Source: Lama glama
Taxonomy: Eukaryota
Assembly: GCA_028534125.1 (NCBI GenBank)
Contig: CM052818.1
Span: forward strand, 42,472,001-42,532,000
Reading direction: 5' to 3'
Length of the DNA: 60,000 nt
Shown in pieces: positions 37,530-49,535 of this stretch. Under the pieces are notes generated by a model. It was not told the origin of the DNA and searched no databases. It saw only the letters and a list, made by a program, of their open reading frames with translations. Each line of letters opens with the position of its first letter. The first letter of the stretch is position 1. Both the position numbers and the translations under genes were made by a program.

Positions 37530-37979
37530 CTTTTTGAAAAAATTTAACAATTTATCATGGATATATTGAAATTAAAAAAAAATGACCCTATAGTATTTAA
37601 CTGTAGAGGTCTGCTGTGCACTTTTTCTCTGGTTGCCTACCAAAAACCATTCAGGTTATATCCATTCTTTTCTATTGCTGATAATGGCACAACGGATATT
37701 TTTGCAGATTAATTCTTGTGTAGTTGTACCAGTTTACCAACGAAGGTAATCCCTTGAAGCAGGATTATTGGTTGGAAGAGTATGTGTATTTTAAATACAT
37801 ACAGATTCTATCAAATTACCCAAACTTAGCTTCCACCATCAGTTTTTTGCTGCACCCAGACCAACACTGGGCATCGTCCATCCTTTGAATCCTTGCCATT
37901 CTCATAGGTAAGACAGGGTATCTTGGATTTCTTTACCTGTAAGTTCAGTTGATCATTTTTATATGTTCTTTGACAACTT

Positions 37980-38011
<32 letters not shown>

Positions 38012-38795
38012 TTGTGTGTGTAAGAGAGACTATGAATGTAAGCACGCTGCTTAAAATCTGTTACTTGTTTCTTTGTTGTGGGTTTAAAGTTTTCAATTTT
38101 GGTTTGTAAGAGCTCTTGGTCTATTAAGGAAATTTGCCCTGTATTTGTCATCTGAATTACAAACTTTTCTAACACAGATCTTTGTTTGACTTTTGACTTT
38201 ATGTTCCACTCCATCACCATGGCTGTTTTAAAGATATTTATTTTTAATAAATCTAATTTGTTGATATTTTCCTTTACAACTTCTTGTTCTCATAGCTTGC
38301 TTACAAAGATTTCCTTCATTCTGAGATTATAAACATCATGCTCTTTTCTGTTTTCCTTCTCTCTTTCTCTCCTTTTCTCTTTCTTTCTTTCATCTTCAAT
38401 CCGATTGGAATTAACTTTTATATAAGAATGAGATAGGAGTCCAGCCTAGTTTTATCAGATAGCTGGCCAATTATCCCAACACTGTTGATTAAATCATGCT
38501 TTTAAAAAAAATCGTTTGTTTGAAATTCCTCCTTCAACATTGCACAACTTTTCAGAGGAACTTGGGTTGATTTTCGAGCTCTTTGAGCTATTCTGCTGTT
38601 CTCTCTATTCTTAAACCAACACTAAACTGTTTTGATTACTGTTGCTTTATAAAATGTTTTCATATCTGGTGTTGTTTTCCTTATTCTTCACCAGAGATTT
38701 TTCTGATTTTTCCCTGAGTTTTTCAAGTGTTGTCTTTCCAAAGAACTATAAAATCACTATGTCTAGTTCTAAAAATATCCTGTTGAAATTGCAAC
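37530..38795 (-). mobile_element. Ancient L1ME ORF2 3' region
   Basis: TTGCCATTCTCATAGGT, TTTGTAAGAGCTCTT, CTGTTTTGATTACTGTTGCTTTATA, i.e. degenerate antisense ORF2. Confidence 0.7.
37985..38020. repeat. (TG)n microsatellite
   Basis: About 13 TG units plus an interrupted extension. Confidence 0.95.
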
Positions 38796-38799
38796 TAAC

Positions 38800-40078
38800 A
38801 CTGGCAAGTTAGAGATATGGGCACAAAGGTATTAGCAACAGCAAGTGTGGGAAGGGGAAAAAGCAATTGGAAAGCTGAACACCTATTAAGAAGATGATAC
38901 ATTAAAATGCATTAAATGCATCAGTGTAAAAAAATGTATTGGTGTTATCCGCATCCATATAGATGACTCTCCTAAGCATCATATTAAGTAAAAAAGAGTA
39001 AGTAACAGAGGAAAGAGAAAACAATGTTATATGTGTATGCATCCATGTGTGCACAACATGCGTGTGTGTAACATGAAAAAGTGTATTTTGCTTAAGAACA
39101 CATATTTAAGCAGTACAAAGTGAAAAGAAGTGCATGGAAGTTATAAACGCAAATTCAGTGTTGTAGCTACTCACCGTGAGGTGGGGAGGAGATACAGCGG
39201 AAGTGGGGGTCCAGGTGTCTTCACTGATGTTGGTATTGTTTTATCTCTTGCTAAACTGAAGATACAGGAGTTGGTTCTATTAGTCTTCGTCCTTTTTGTA
39301 TGTCTTAGATGTTGATAATTCATTTTTAATTAATAAGGTCTACTGAGTACATAAAATGAGTCATAAATAGGATGGGAGACTATGCTCATTCTGAAATGAG
39401 GAATGTCACTGTTGGAGTTACTTCCATGCCCTCCGACTCCTACTTAGGCAGTGTACTTATCACTTCCCGTACTGCTTTGTTTTGAGACTATTTAAATATG
39501 TATGCAATTATGTTTATAAAACTATAAACACAAAACCAAGGTTGAAATAGGGAAACATTTACCTGATTATTTAAAGAGGAATTCCCTCTTTATAGAAGAA
39601 ATGCTAAAGAAACAAATGGGTTTGACTCGTTAAAAAAATTTTTAAGTATCTTCGATATTATGAAAATGTAAAAATTCAAAAGACAAATGAGAAATTAGAA
39701 AATATTTACATAATATGATAAAGGATTCTTATAGTTAATATATAAAAAAGGTTCACACTAGTCAATAAGAAAATCCTAAAACTAGTGAACACAGTAAGAC
39801 ACACTGAAAAATAAATACAAATGGCCAATAAGCAAATGAAGCAAGCTAGCCTTACTAAAGTGAATTAAAACAACAAGGCGGGTATTTGTTTAACCTGTTA
39901 AATAACCAAAGATTAAAGATAAAATACTGGCGAGAGCTATGAGGCAGATACTCTTCACACACTGCTAGGTTGGGTTTTATCTGGTAAAACTTCTGGAAAG
40001 TCATGAGAAAAATCTCTCCAGAGCCTTAAAACGAATAACTCTGAATCAATAATCCCTTCTAGAGATCCATGCTGAGAA
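38800..40078 (+). mobile_element. Ancient L1ME fragments (sense)
   Basis: AAAAGACAAATGAGAAATTAGAAAATATTT..AAATACAAATGGCCAATAAGCAAATGAA..CTCTTCACACACTGCT. Confidence 0.65.
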
Positions 40079-40578
40079 NNNNNNNNNNNNNNNNNNNNNN
40101 NNNNNNNNNNNNNNNNNNNNNNNNNNNNNNNNNNNNNNNNNNNNNNNNNNNNNNNNNNNNNNNNNNNNNNNNNNNNNNNNNNNNNNNNNNNNNNNNNNNN
40201 NNNNNNNNNNNNNNNNNNNNNNNNNNNNNNNNNNNNNNNNNNNNNNNNNNNNNNNNNNNNNNNNNNNNNNNNNNNNNNNNNNNNNNNNNNNNNNNNNNNN
40301 NNNNNNNNNNNNNNNNNNNNNNNNNNNNNNNNNNNNNNNNNNNNNNNNNNNNNNNNNNNNNNNNNNNNNNNNNNNNNNNNNNNNNNNNNNNNNNNNNNNN
40401 NNNNNNNNNNNNNNNNNNNNNNNNNNNNNNNNNNNNNNNNNNNNNNNNNNNNNNNNNNNNNNNNNNNNNNNNNNNNNNNNNNNNNNNNNNNNNNNNNNNN
40501 NNNNNNNNNNNNNNNNNNNNNNNNNNNNNNNNNNNNNNNNNNNNNNNNNNNNNNNNNNNNNNNNNNNNNNNNNNNNNN
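40079..40578. other. Assembly gap (500 N)
   Basis: Exactly 500 N. Confidence 1.
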
Positions 40579-43500
40579 GATGCATTCCAGTCCATATCAC
40601 CTTATCTATTTAAAAAATCAGTGAAATATGCAAAGATGAAAAAGAGATTCTCTTCATCCTCCAGGAGCTTACAGGCTAGATGTAGATACAGGGACCGGTG
40701 AACAGTTTGGGAGCTCAGAGGAGGGTCAGGCTACCATGGGCGATAGTGGATGAGGGAAGCTTCTGGGAGGAAGCAACATACAGGGGGTCTTGAAAGATGC
40801 ATACACATGTCTAGAAACCCAAGGAAGAGTCTAAAAATTAAATAGATGTGAGAAGTCAGCCCTGAATCTAATGTAATTCTGGAAGCATTTCCTGGACATC
40901 TATTCTCCTCCAGGCATCGAGTTGAAGGATGAGAATGCAAAGGCTGGGATATGCCCTTGAGTTGCCCGCACTCCAGAAAAAGTTGATTTTAGGGCATTTC
41001 AAGGATTGATAATATGCTAGGTAGGGAAGTGCACAGCCCACCCAGTCACCTAAAGTTGGCTTGTGGGAACAGCGGCAGACGTGTTGCTCACGGACGCAGG
41101 GCTGGGGGCAGGGGGCACTGCTGGTGCGAATAACCTTGACTCCATTCCAGTCCTCCCGAAGCGTTCCTCCTGGCCTCAGCCCAGCATCCCTTCCCTGATT
41201 GAAAACTTGGCTTCCGCCTGCCCTTCAGTTTACATGCTGTTCAAAGTTTGAGTTCCACGTGGCAGGACCTTGTCTTTTCATGTTCTACTATTTACAGAGT
41301 TCACTCTGCATGTGTGATGCCCCTTCGAAGACACAAATGTTAATCAGTTTGGGTTCCGGCCACAACAAATTTTGACCTGACGGTGTCTAAATCCTGAAAC
41401 CGTTGGAAGCCAGAATATAAACCCTTTGTCCCCACAACTCTGTCTAATTTCCATTAATTGCGCTAATATGCTGGCTCCTCTTTTTGATTGCATGCCCTTT
41501 AGAGGAAAATCACTGATACATTAATCACAGCTTTCATCCGGAGGTTGGAGCATTTCTAAACATCTATTTGAATTTCATCCCAAACTGGGGGATAATTGCC
41601 TGTAAAAGGATCATGCTGGGTTAGATACTGAGATGGGGATTTCAAATATCCTTCCTCCAGTATGAATAGCCCAGTTGGCAGGCCAGGCATCTCATCACTC
41701 TGTGTAGCTTGACCAAGTCCATTTTCTGTGTGGTGATAACACAGGATAATAGATGATAGTTCGAGAGGTAACCTTCAAGCTCAACGACTGCGACATCCTT
41801 TCTGGTCCAGAGTTGTGGCGGGTGAGATTGCAAAGCCTGGACGTGGAGCAATTATAAAGGATGCCTGCACCTGGGGGCAGCAGGGACACAGCTTTATTCT
41901 TCTACAGCGAATCCCAGAGGGACCCATTCTGTCAATACAGGGTGACAACAGTGTTAACTAGAACTGTGGATGGCCCAGCTTAATTCCAACAGATGGAGCC
42001 TTGCTGGGGCTGCCCTCCTTTCAAAGGTCAAAGGGATGCTTCCTGGGGTCTTGGCTGTCCGTCTTAGGCAGGCGGATGGTTACTGTCTCACCTCATGTGG
42101 GTCCCTGGCTTTCTTTTTCTTCCCTGCCAGTCCCTCCTGACCTGTGTATATTTTTGCAGGTTTAATCAGGCGACACTTTTCTTTAAAATGTCTTTAGGTT
42201 TACTTATATCCCGCCATGAAACCACGGATGGGAATTACAAACTGAGGGTTTTGGCAATGTACACAAAAAAGAATTTTGGAAACAAATAATTTCCATAAAC
42301 GAACATTGTGATTGCTTCCTCCTGGATTGTCATCACCCACATAACCAGGAGGGAGTTGGAAGACAGCCTTCCAGGCCCCTCTGAGCTCCTGGCTGCAACT
42401 GGATTCTCCGATTTGGTGAATTTCTCTGGGGGGCCAGACTTACCACCAAACGGGTGAATGGACCACAGGACGGAGGGCAGGAACTGTGGGTTCTTATGCC
42501 ATCCAGTGTGCCCCACGTGACCTTGGGGATGTCAGCCAACATGCAGCATATTTTAATACAATCACGTGCATTAAAACAGATAATGGCCACCACTTAAAAC
42601 TACCGTATATAAAATACTTACCATGTGCTAAACAGTAGATTCAGCAATTTATGTATATGATTGAATCTCCCCAACTTTGAAAGTTAGTTCTTATGCTGAT
42701 TGGAGAAGTAGCTTGCCCCAAGTCAGAAAGCTGGTAAGAAAACCCCAGACCCAGAATGTCACTTGGACGCCGAAGTGTTTGCTCCTTGCTCCTTTCCCCA
42801 CACCAGCCTGCCTCTCAGTGGTCATCTCTTGACCCTGTTGGGTTCAAACGTGTGTGCGCGTGTCTGTGTCTGTGCACACGAACGGGCATGTAAGTACGTG
42901 CGCATCTGTTGTGTTTTCCATGGAGGGGAGCGAGTTTTGTGTCTCTGGTCCCAAATCCCCGAGGACACAGTTTTATCATCTTATCCCCGGCCCTGTGCCA
43001 TCCTTTTCAGCCTCTCTCGGAAGCGAGGACTCAGGGTTTTACTTTTCCGTGTAGATGAAAGCATCGTGATTTTTTGGTACCATTTTTACTTTCTATGGAA
43101 TAACTGAACCCGATTTACATGTCACACATTACATAGCTGGTCACTTAGAGCTTTGAGAGTCCTGCACCGTGTGTGAGAGTTGAACTGTTCTTGTTTTCTG
43201 GGCAGTCGTGGGAAGGGACACGCGCCTCCCTTATCTGGTGCTGGGGGCTGTGCCATTGAATCCTCCCAGCAAGCTCCGAGATCAGAATTAAGACGATCTC
43301 CCCAATTTTACGGCTGAAAACACTGAAGCTCAGAGTGGTTACAGTCCTGGACTCAAATTATGCATCAGGAAAGGTGCAGGCGTGGGAATCTCCGGACTTG
43401 GGAGTCGGGTCCTCCTGCCGCGCCAGCGGGCTGGCCGTGGCGCCCTCCAGGGCTGGGCTGACCACAGGACCCCTGGACAGGGAAGGACGGGGTCCGTTCA

Positions 43501-45132
43501 GGACGATCGCGCAGGGGCCCAGCAAGCCCTGTGCTGTGTTCTCCCTTGCGTCAATAAAATACGATCTTCATGCAGACAGCCCGATGTCATCCACTGAGTT
43601 CATTAAATCAAGAACTCCCTCTGTGCTGCTGTCACTAAAAGAGAATTTCACTTCGGCCCGAATGTGGGCTGCAGGGGGGCACTGATGGAGAAGACTTTCT
43701 AAGAGATGGGGACTGGTTCCCAAGAACATCGCAGGGCAGGGGGCAGATTGCAACCCAAATCCACCCCCTTTACCTTGAACTTCACACTTCTCCAAGCGAG
43801 CTCACTGATCTTCCTTGATTTTGATACTTCACAGATATGGTCATCCTCCTTTGATAGATGACGGAACAGACGCCCAGTGAGATTCGGTGACTCCTGCAGC
43901 GTCACCCAGCAAGTGTGGGACCCTGGGAGCTTCCTCATGATTAGGCAGTTGTGTGATGTGTTAAATGACCAGCCTTCTCCACAGAGTGGTTGCTTGTTAG
44001 CCAAGCTGCCATCCTTCCCATCTTAGTTCATGATTAAAACATCATAGTTCCTGATTAAAAATGCGTGCGTTCCCGTGGCTCAGCCTTTTTGCTGTGGACT
44101 GCCAGGAGTGACTGGAGTGGTCTTTATGTTGAGCTGAAATCCCCCCCTTTCATCCTGATTCAGGCCTCCACAGCATCACAGAATACGTTTTCAGCTCAAT
44201 TTCTCTCTTCTCCAGGGCTGATGTCTCTGATTTCTTCAGTCTGTTCTTTATAGGAAGAATCTCAAGGCTGATGGCCGTCTCTGGATGACTTTAGGGTGTG
44301 TATATTGTGAAAAATGACCATTCGGTCCCCTAGGTCGGATCTAATCAGGTCAGCGCACAGGGAGACTCTGAGGCTGTGTTGGACCCCCTGGCGTTCCAGG
44401 GGAGACAGTCCCTGACAGTCTTCAGGGGACATGCCCTTCTATCCCACATGGGCCCACTTCCTGGTAGGATTCTCCGCTGGTTCTGGAGCTGTCTGTCTTG
44501 CTCACTGTGGGTGAGCTCTGTGAGGACCACCACTGCAATTCATCCTCTCCCCCGCCACTTCCCGCCCCCCCAGCCCTCGTCCCCCCCACACCCGTGAGCT
44601 TCATGAACAGCAAAGCACACGTACTGAACATCGGTTACACGGAATGAGTGGCTCCAGGTTATAAGGAGATGAGAGACGGATGTTGTCCTGAGAACAGTTT
44701 TCCTACATCTGTGAAGCACATTCGAGTTTACAAACTGTTTCCATATCCATCATCTCACAGGGACCCCTGTCCCTCAGCCCGATATAGTAGTGAAAGCAGA
44801 GTCAACTCCAGCCTGGTGACAGATTTTGCAAAGGTCAGAGATCAGAAAAATAGGGGGATGCTCAAAACAGGGGCCAGAGAGAGAGCGTTTGAGGCATAGT
44901 GGTTCCAAGGTCCATGGGGAGGACACCACGTTGCTCCGACATGGGCAGGAAGTAGGCATTTAAGCTCGTGTTGGAAGCAAGGACTTCAGGAATAGGGGTT
45001 GTAATCTGGGTGCTGCTTAAAACGGAGGCTGGCCTTTCAGGTCTGCTTTGGTGTGTCCCCCACGTGGGGCGTGTGGGTCAACAGAGTCAGGGGTGCAATG
45101 GATGGCAATGTGAGTATATTAACCACCTTTTT

Positions 45133-45370
45133 AAAAAAAATTTAATTTTATACATATATATTTGTATTGAGGTATAGTCAGTTTACAACGTTGTCTCAGT
45201 TTCTGGTGCACAGCATAATGCTTCAGTCATACGTGAACACACAGATACTCGTTTTCATATTCTTTTTCACCATAAGTTATTACAAGCTACTGAATACAGT
45301 TCCCTGTGCTGTGCAGCATGAACTTGTGGTTTATCTGTTTTATGTGTATTAGTTAGTATCTGCAAATCTC
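45133..45370 (-). mobile_element. Lineage-specific L1 3' end (~230 bp)
   Basis: ATTGAGGTATAGTCAGTTTACAACGTTG..TTCTGGTGCACAGCAT..TTCCCTGTGCTG..TATCTGCAAATCTC; same family as 19153-19261. Confidence 0.88.
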
Positions 45371-45719
45371 AAAAGGTGGAGATTCCTGGCCAGTTGTGAA
45401 AATACTAATCGACAGATCCAAAATTAAATTCTGGCCTCTGACCCCCGAACCCCAGACGTTTTCTATTACCCTGTTTCTACCTCAAGGACTTCATCTTTCC
45501 TGCCAAGCACAGTGACCTGGATTAGAACAGGCTTTGTGCATCAGATGCTCTGTACTGTCATGCTTGAGAATCAGGCACTTAAACCCCACGTCTTGTATCT
45601 GGTTTAGCGTATTGAAACATCAATGGTTGTGGTATGTTGGTTTTTTTTTTTTGATTCAAAGCAGAAGCTAAATATATATATTTTTAACTCATGTGTATTT
45701 CTCGTTAGATAATAAGTTC

Positions 45720-45966
45720 TAGGGTTTTTCAACCTTCACACTGTTGTTGACCCCCTGGGCTGGATAATTCTTTGTTGTGGAGACTGTCCTGTTCGTTGCA
45801 GGATGTTTACTCATACCCCTGGCCTCTGCCCCCTGGATGCCAGTGATGACCACGTCCCCTCTCTCCCCGACTCTGCCCCCAGTTGTGACAATCAAAATGA
45901 ATCCAGGCACCACGGAATGTTCTCTAGGGGGCAAAATTGCCTCCCACCCCCTCCACTGAGAATCTG
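45720..45966 (+). mobile_element. MER20 hAT-Charlie MITE
   Basis: TTTTCAACCTT..GGGCTGGATAATTCTTTGTTGTGG..CTGTCCTG..TGCAGGATGTTTA..CCAGTTGTGACAATCAAAA..GGGGCAAAATTGCC. Confidence 0.9.
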
Positions 45967-46589
45967 ATCCAGTCACGTGATGATGAATGTGAAAGATAGT
46001 GAAGGTGTAAGAACCGTCTCTCCTCCTCTTCTGTCCAACCACTCTTAGCTCCTCACCAGGGATTTTCATTTTATGCTTGGTGTTTTAGGTTTTTACAAGA
46101 GGCCACGCTGGTCATCACTGAGGGCACACCGGCCTTGCAGGAGGAAGGCTGAGGGGAAGGACAAACGCAGAGAACGTGAGGGTCTCTGTCTGGGCGGCTG
46201 CCCAGGACTGAGGCCAGGGACTCCAGACTGGGTTTGCAAGCTTCGGCAAATGTCGGCAAAAGGGGGAAATGAGAGCAGGGTCCAATACTGTGAAATTTAC
46301 CTTGTCTTGAAAAACAAAAAGAAACAGACACGGATAAACTGATTTGCTGTTTCTCAGAGGCAAGACGTTCCCTCTTGCCCTGGGCTCACGCAGCCTTCTC
46401 CCGCGGCCGAGCCGCACGCCGCTGTCTCCCCCAGCGCTCCATAGTTAGTATCTGAAGTCTGCAAAGTGTCTCCCTGAGTAACAAAGAAAAATGCATGCAC
46501 GTTATTATTCTCCCAACAAGCCTCTGCAAGCACCAACACTTCCGTTTGGCAGATGAAGGAATGGAGTCTCTTGAGAGTCCGTATTTCCT

Positions 46590-47100
46590 TTTTATTTTAA
46601 TGGAAAAAAAAAACCTTTAAATCAGTCTTGAATGTACCAAAGTTAGGAGTACAGCGCAAAACACTTCTGTTTTCCTGAACCATGTGAGATTAGGTTGCCG
46701 ACTGCTGCCCCATTTCACCGGGTTGTTTCCTGCAGACAAGGACGATCTCCTGCATAAACACAACGTGTGCACAAAATCATGAAATTACATTGCTGCTTTG
46801 TGCTCTTGTCAACCCTCGACCCCATCTGAGTTTTGTCCATTGCCCCAGTGATTTTTTTTTAGGGCAAATGCATTTAGTTTAGAGTCGCTCGATGTGTCTA
46901 CGTGTCCTGTCTCCTTGGGTCTGGAACAATCCCTTCCCTTTTCTTGACTCTAGTGACCTTGACACTTTTGAAGATTTCAGGCCAGTTATTTTGTTGACTG
47001 TCCCTCAGTTTAGGTTTGTTTAATGTTTCCTCATGATTAGATTCAGGTTATGCGTCTTTGGCAGAAATATGACAGAGGTGAGGGTGTGTCCTTACGAGGT
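46590..47100 (-). mobile_element. L1MC4-like 3' UTR fragment
   Basis: CCTGAACCATGTGAGA..ACAAGGAC..GACCTTGACACTTTTGAAGATTTCAGGCCAGTTATTTTG..TTTCCTCATGATTAGATTCAGGTTATGC. Confidence 0.8.
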
Positions 47101-47729
47101 CAATTTCTTCAAGCATTTTATGTTTGTAAAGTATTTCTTTTAATGAGGAATGATCTTTACAAACCAAGTTTTGGGTGCTAGTGGTGCTCGTTGCTACAGT
47201 GCAGAACATTTATATCTACAGATGAAAAATACAGTTGTGCCTGTGTGTAGTGTACGTGTTGTATGTACACATAGGAACAAACACACAGACATGTCCTATA
47301 CACGTTCCCTAGCTGTATCCATTGAGAGGATCTAGGAAGAGTGTCACCCCAACAGCATCTTTTTAGCAATGTTTTAAGCTTTAACAGTGTCAGAAGCAAA
47401 ATTACTGTGAACTTAACAAAAATCATTACTGGAAGGTTTGATTATTTAAATCTTTTATACTTACTGCATTTAAAATTTTCTGAACAATAGGTTTTAAACT
47501 TTTTGGTCCATGTTCTCCATCTTCAGAAGGACTGAGAAAATGAGAACTTTGCAGTTCAACAGTCACAAACTAAATGCATGGAAAAGAAATGTAAATAGTT
47601 AATCTTTCAAATGGTATGTTTTGTAACTTTGCAGCATTTTGCTCTGAAGTTATTAAAGCTTAAAACTACAACCTACGTTTTGGGACATGCTGGATATTGG
47701 AAACCATCAATTCACACAATAGGTATAAT

Positions 47730-48140
47730 TCCAATTTAACAGAACACATTCTTTTCTAGTTTTTTCCCTTTCCATGTTCGTAACTCCCTTCTCTAAAAGT
47801 GAGAAATCTCCTGTTACGGTAATGTGTTTTCTTATTTCGTCTGTCCCTGTGTGTAACCTCTCACCTTTGCCATCTCCCCCGCCCCACCAGCCCTACCCAG
47901 GGTCTTCACCCATGCTGGGCTGCGCTGCTCCCCCCGCCCCCTCCGCCCCACCAGGCTCAGTCCCCAACATCCTGCTTTTGGTGGTCCACCCTCATCCTGA
48001 ACAGACTTCCCTTCCCCTTCTCTGGCTCCCATACCCCGCAAGGGGGCACTGCATCTCCTCCACACCCTCACTCCCCCAGCCCTGCTCAGCCCCGTGCTGT
48101 GGCTTTAGGACTGAACTGTTCAGGAAGAGGAAGAGGAGGG
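47730..48140 (-). mobile_element. L1MC-type 3' UTR fragment
   Basis: TTCCCTTTCCATGTTCGTAACTCCCTTCTCTAAAAGTGAGAAA..GGACTGAACTGTTCAGGAAG. Confidence 0.6.
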
Positions 48141-48814
48141 TGAACAGAAGGAAGCGGAAGGGCTCTTGAGGTTACATCCCGCCCACTGCACTGCACCACT
48201 CTCTCTGAGAAGCCACTGGTTCTTACTGGTGTAAGAACACACTCTTCTTACCTCGGTCTGACACTTCTCCATCCTTCAGAAGTGGGTACCCCTCCTGATC
48301 ATGGCTTCTTTCTTGAAATTTTCTCCTCTTTGGCGTCTAAATCTCCACCCTCTCTTGGTGTTTCTTCCATCGTAGCTCCACTGGGTTCTTCTTAAACTTT
48401 TGTCTGGTCTTTTCCTCTGCTCACCCCTGAAGTGTTGGTGCTTGTTCATGATTCATCCTTGGTTTTCTTCTCTTCTTTTTGACACCATCACTTCGAGTGA
48501 TCTCATCCCGAGATCACACAGGTAGCTGTGGATGAATGTCATTTACCCAGTGCCAGACATAATGAATAACATGTCCCCAGATCAGAAACTGTATCTCAAT
48601 GTTAACGCCTTTGCTACAGGGCTTTTAAAAAAACCTTTTACCATTTCAAAGAACATCTGAATCTTCAAGAGTGATCATCCCAGTTCCAAATTTATTTGGT
48701 CTCCACAATTTTTTCTATTGTTTTTGCTTTTGGAGTTTCGGTTAACCTTGTGTGAAAACCTTGGTTTTCAATGGAGCACAGTGTAGGAGGTGCTGCTTTA
48801 AATTGTTGTTTCTG

Positions 48815-48884
48815 GGGGGAGGTTATAGGGGGAGGGTATAGCTCAGTGCGAGAGCGCAAGCTCAGCATGCACGGGGGCCTGGGT
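48815..48884 (+). mobile_element. Truncated Vic-1-like SINE head (tRNA-Ala derived)
   Basis: GGGGGAGGGTATAGCTCAGTGCGAGAGCGCAAGCTCAGCATGCACGGGGGCCTGGGT; stops within the B box. Confidence 0.8.
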
Positions 48885-49228
48885 ATTGTCACCCCACTTC
48901 ACAGGTGAGGGGACTCCTCGGAGAAGTTAGGTCAGATGCCGAGCATATCAGCTAGGCACAGGGTAGGTTTGTTTTACGTCTCTGAGCTGGCACTGCTTTC
49001 CAGGAAATTAGGTAATGAATCATTTTAAGTCTACAAATAGCCTTGTAGAACTTCCTGTCCACCTCTCTTACTTTCTTAGTGAGCCAAGGCTCAGAGAAGG
49101 GAAGGAATTGTTCAAGATCTCTGGTGACTTGGAGGTGGAGGCACAGCAGGAATTGGGGGCGCTTGGCTCCCTCCCACCTACCCTCTGCGCGCCGTGTTAA
49201 TTTCTTTGACTTTCTATTTCACCATTAG

Positions 49229-49535
49229 TGTCTTGGTTTATTTGGGCTCCTACAACACAATACCATCAACTGGATGGCTTGGGGTTCAAGCTCGAGGCGC
49301 CGCCGGATTCAGCACCTTGTGCGAATCTGCTTCGTTTCACACACAGTCGTCTCTCACTGTGTCCTCATGTGATGGAAGGCGTGAGGGAGCTCCCTTGTGT
49401 AAGGACACCAGTCTCACTATTTAGGACTCTACTCTCATGACCTAATCACCCCGACAGGCTGCACCTCCTAATACCATCACACTGGGGACTAGGTTTCAAC
49501 TTAGGAATTCTGGGAGGGACACATTCAGTCTCAAG
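49229..49535 (-). mobile_element. MaLR LTR, MLT1A-like
   Basis: TGTCTTGGTTTATTTGGGCT..CTCATGACCTAATCACC..CACCTCCTAATACCATCACACTGGGG..ACACATTCAGTC. Confidence 0.85.

Noticed and set aside
40046..40701. Long ORFs of 178-210 aa
   Set aside because: Artefacts of reading through the N gap
42105..42300. Polypyrimidine tract plus AG, a possible exon start (TTTTTCTTCCCTGCCAG, TTTTTGCAG)
   Set aside because: No good downstream donor site and no recognisable peptide; cannot be supported without RNA data
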